Positions 61,360-64,000 of a stretch of DNA of 64,000 nucleotides are shown in pieces. Each line of letters opens with the position of its first letter. The stretch's first letter is position 1. The notes below the pieces were generated by a model. That model was not told the origin of the DNA. It saw nothing but the letters and a program-made list of their open reading frames with translations, and searched no databases. This DNA comes from Ostrea edulis. Its lineage: Eukaryota. The stretch lies in contig NC_079165.1 in NCBI RefSeq assembly GCF_947568905.1, positions 104,222,001 through 104,286,000 on the forward strand, in the 5' to 3' direction. The translations under genes were made by a program, and so were the position numbers.

Positions 61360-61875
61360 ATGGCTGGTTTTTGGTTGACAAACAAACGAATAACTGATTT
61401 AAACATACGACATATCTATGGAGGACCGGAGCCAGTCGGTAAGCATAAAATGATAAAGGTCACTCGCACTTTTAGTCTAAGGACTAAAGACAAAGAAGAA
61501 CAAAGAATCGAGGCCCTACAACGGCGAATGAGGAGGAGGTTGTTCGATGCGAATTCTCGAGGAGAATACGTCGTTCCACGAGCCCCTGCTTTTAGGGAGC
61601 TTGACCAAGAGGGAGTAGATGAGATCGTTACTAGGCTCAACCATCCCAAAAGCGCACCGCCTCTACGCCGAAGCCAGTCCACAAAGTCGTCAACTGAGGA
61701 GAGTGGTGGTGGACAGAAGTCGAAAACTCTTTCAGAACGAGAATTGAGTGACATTTCTATTCGTCTGCACAATCATGAGACTCATATGAGCCGCATAAGA
61801 AGCGGAAAAGGAGTGCGATTTCCGTTACCGTGCAGCCAGATCAGTGTGAATAGAGCGAATAGCTCACAACATTGA
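61360..61875 (+). CDS. Uncharacterised basic ~171-aa protein, apparently single coding exon
   Basis: gaagATGg start, GC-rich stop-free frame in AT-rich flanks, protein-like composition, two internal L....D/EI..RL repeats; alternative ATG at 61450. Confidence 0.7.
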   Translation: MAGFWLTNKRITDLNIRHIYGGPEPVGKHKMIKVTRTFSLRTKDKEEQRIEALQRRMRRRLFDANSRGEYVVPRAPAFRELDQEGVDEIVTRLNHPKSAPPLRRSQSTKSSTEESGGGQKSKTLSERELSDISIRLHNHETHMSRIRSGKGVRFPLPCSQISVNRANSSQH

Positions 61876-62829
61876 ATGATAATTCATAAACAATATTCTC
61901 TTGATAATAGTAAGGTGGTGTTTTAGTTGTGTTCTACAAACAGACAGTACATCAGACATTGTAGTGTTTACAAGGCCTTGCAGCAACCTGAAATCAAGTA
62001 CTCTGAGCGTTACGAACAACTCTAACAAACAAAAACAAAACAATAGTTTTATGAATATTATTCTTACTTCATGGTGGATAAATAATTTGCTGCCACGAAT
62101 GTTTACGAATGTATCTTTAACGAGAAAGCTAAACTTTTGTGTATTCATAAATGGGACACGATTCATTTTCATAGACATTTTTTATATCCTCATTCGATTT
62201 TTATTAAATTCAGTACATTTTCGTATTTTCTGTGCTTTCTTTGGAGGGGGTGTCTCTATCTATACTGTATGTACGAGAATGGAACCCAGAGCTTTGCATA
62301 ATCAAGCACGTGATATCCATGTTTCTTAAGATAAATGACACCTTACTTCCAAAATTCACTTCACGTGGGATATTTTGTGTCGTCAGAAACACTCATTCAT
62401 ACTGTTTTAAATGGTTCACAACAGTTAGTATTTTACTATGGACTGAATGTTTAGTTTGTATGTGTATTAATTTTCAAAGTATGAAAACATTGTACAAGAA
62501 TTACTCCATATGTCCGTTGCTTTGTATCCCCCATAAACAAACTATAGATATTCATGACCACTTTTTAATTTGAATTGGGTTTTTTCCCTTCAGATTTAGG
62601 TTTTTGATTTACGTAGAAAGGTCATTTGCGTGTCACAGCTTTCATCAGGAAATAATTTCATTTTCAAAAAAAAAAAGAAGAAGATATGTGAGGGTATGAG
62701 CTGCCACGCCTCACGTCGGTTTACTTTATGTTTACGAGAAGAATACCGACGTGAAGCGTTGCAATTCATCCCCTCATGTATTTTCAAAGGTCACGGTCCT
62801 CTACTTTGAAGGTTCATTCATTACTCTGA

Positions 62830-62910
62830 CGGCCCACTAGTTCGACGACTCATTAGTCCAAAGGTTCACTAGTCCGAGGGTCCACTAGTTCGGGGGTCCA
62901 CTAGTCCGAT
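62830..62910 (+). repeat. Short 15-16-bp tandem repeat
   Basis: ggtccactagt(t/c)cg(a/g) x5. Confidence 0.7.
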
Positions 62911-64000
62911 CGTCTACGCGGAACGACATTTTACTAAGGTGTGGGCAGGATTATATCGGCTAAATAGCGCCGAGAACGACTACGTAGATGAAGACACCGC
63001 TAACCGACTCGTTACGTAGCCCAAAAATACTGTAGCAATGAGAACCCCTGCAAAGTGTCCTGTCGTCTGCCGTAGCAACGTAAAATAGTTGATAAATGTA
63101 TATTTTTTGTTTAAGTTTTACATTTTGTGCACTATCCTCATTTCCACTTGCATTTCTTTTCTTTATATTCCGATTACGATAATTACTCTTTAAAAAATCA
63201 TTTTCCTCTTTATGAAATTTTCAAGTCCTTGGCAACATGCATCTAAGTTCCAAGTTAGTAGAGTGTTTAAAATGGCAGTTTCATAGTAGTAGTGCATGAG
63301 TACTTGTAAGCGGGGGAGAGAGTGTTCAGCCCAAAGGACCGATGTTCGACATGGGAGGGGGTGTCCCTTTCGTGTAGTGGGAATCTGGGTCCCAAAGACG
63401 TGTGTGTGGGGGGATCCGGAGTATACTTCTCTCAATTATTTCGTAGATTTTAACTGGGTTTTTTTCTAAACCGAAAGCAAGAAGCGCGTGGAGGAGGCTA
63501 GGGTATGGGTGAGGGGAGTCCGCCCCTTCTCCCATTTTAAAAGAAATACTTAAAACTTTAATATTGGCCATTGAATTTTGAATGGTATGGGGCTTGGGCT
63601 TTTTAAAGGACTATTCCTCGTGACAAGACCTTTCTATCAGAATCAAAATTTTGATCTTGAGCATTTGTACATGTGAATCATCTTATCATAGTAGTCAAAA
63701 TACTGAGGCCTTTTCTTTTATTTCAAATGATGCCATTCGGGTTAACGGTGAGCGATATAGGCCCATTGCAACTTCTTGTTTTCTGTTAAATTCTAGAATT
63801 TGGACAAAAGGACCTTCGTACTAATGAAATCCAGACAAGTGGATCTTCGGATAAGCGGGTGGTTATATTGTATATCAAATTCAGAATATTGGAAATGTAA
63901 TATCAAACAATGAAATATTAAACATTCAGACAAGCTCAATGTAGAAAGCAAAATGATGTGTTAGGGGCGGCATATCAAAATAAACCTCTTCAGCGAAGTG

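Noticed and set aside
61864-62573. Several 100-140-aa ORFs downstream of the small orphan gene
   Set aside because: AT-rich, F/I/L/N-biased composition typical of UTR or intergenic noise
1-64000. tRNA, rRNA, snRNA genes
   Set aside because: No cloverleaf with A/B boxes or rRNA-like conserved blocks were recognised; a tRNAscan-SE/Infernal run would be decisive

Overview
AT-rich eukaryotic genomic DNA with spliceosomal introns. The repeat types (HINE/Helentron-like satellite carriers, Meta/Deu- and V-type SINE pieces, DIRS, Penelope-like 3' ends) point to a bivalve, most likely an oyster; this is inferred, not searched. Seven protein-coding loci can be reconstructed by hand with consistent splice phases: (1) 3' end of ODF2/cenexin (+); (2) MFSD6-like transporter (-, 663 aa); (3) EMC7 (+, 232 aa); (4) an unrecognised ~1870-aa, largely disordered protein with a 5-kb exon (-); (5) a PLCXD-type PI-PLC X-domain protein (+, 317 aa); (6) group I nucleoside diphosphate kinase (-, 153 aa, one GC-AG intron); (7) a small orphan ORF (+, ~171 aa). 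The rest is a dense, nested mobile-element landscape: MITEs with 7-, 8-, 9- and 10-bp or TTAA/TA target duplications, a decayed DIRS retrotransposon, SINEs, minisatellites and long palindromes. Most short ORFs in the supplied track are by-products of repeats. No rRNA, tRNA or CRISPR array was seen. Best leads: the giant-exon protein (GYQS heptads, repeated filamin-ligand-like strands, NPLY), a P-like 7-bp-TSD MITE system with two elements stacked at one target, inverted elements bracketing EMC7, and a hammerhead-like inverted repeat.
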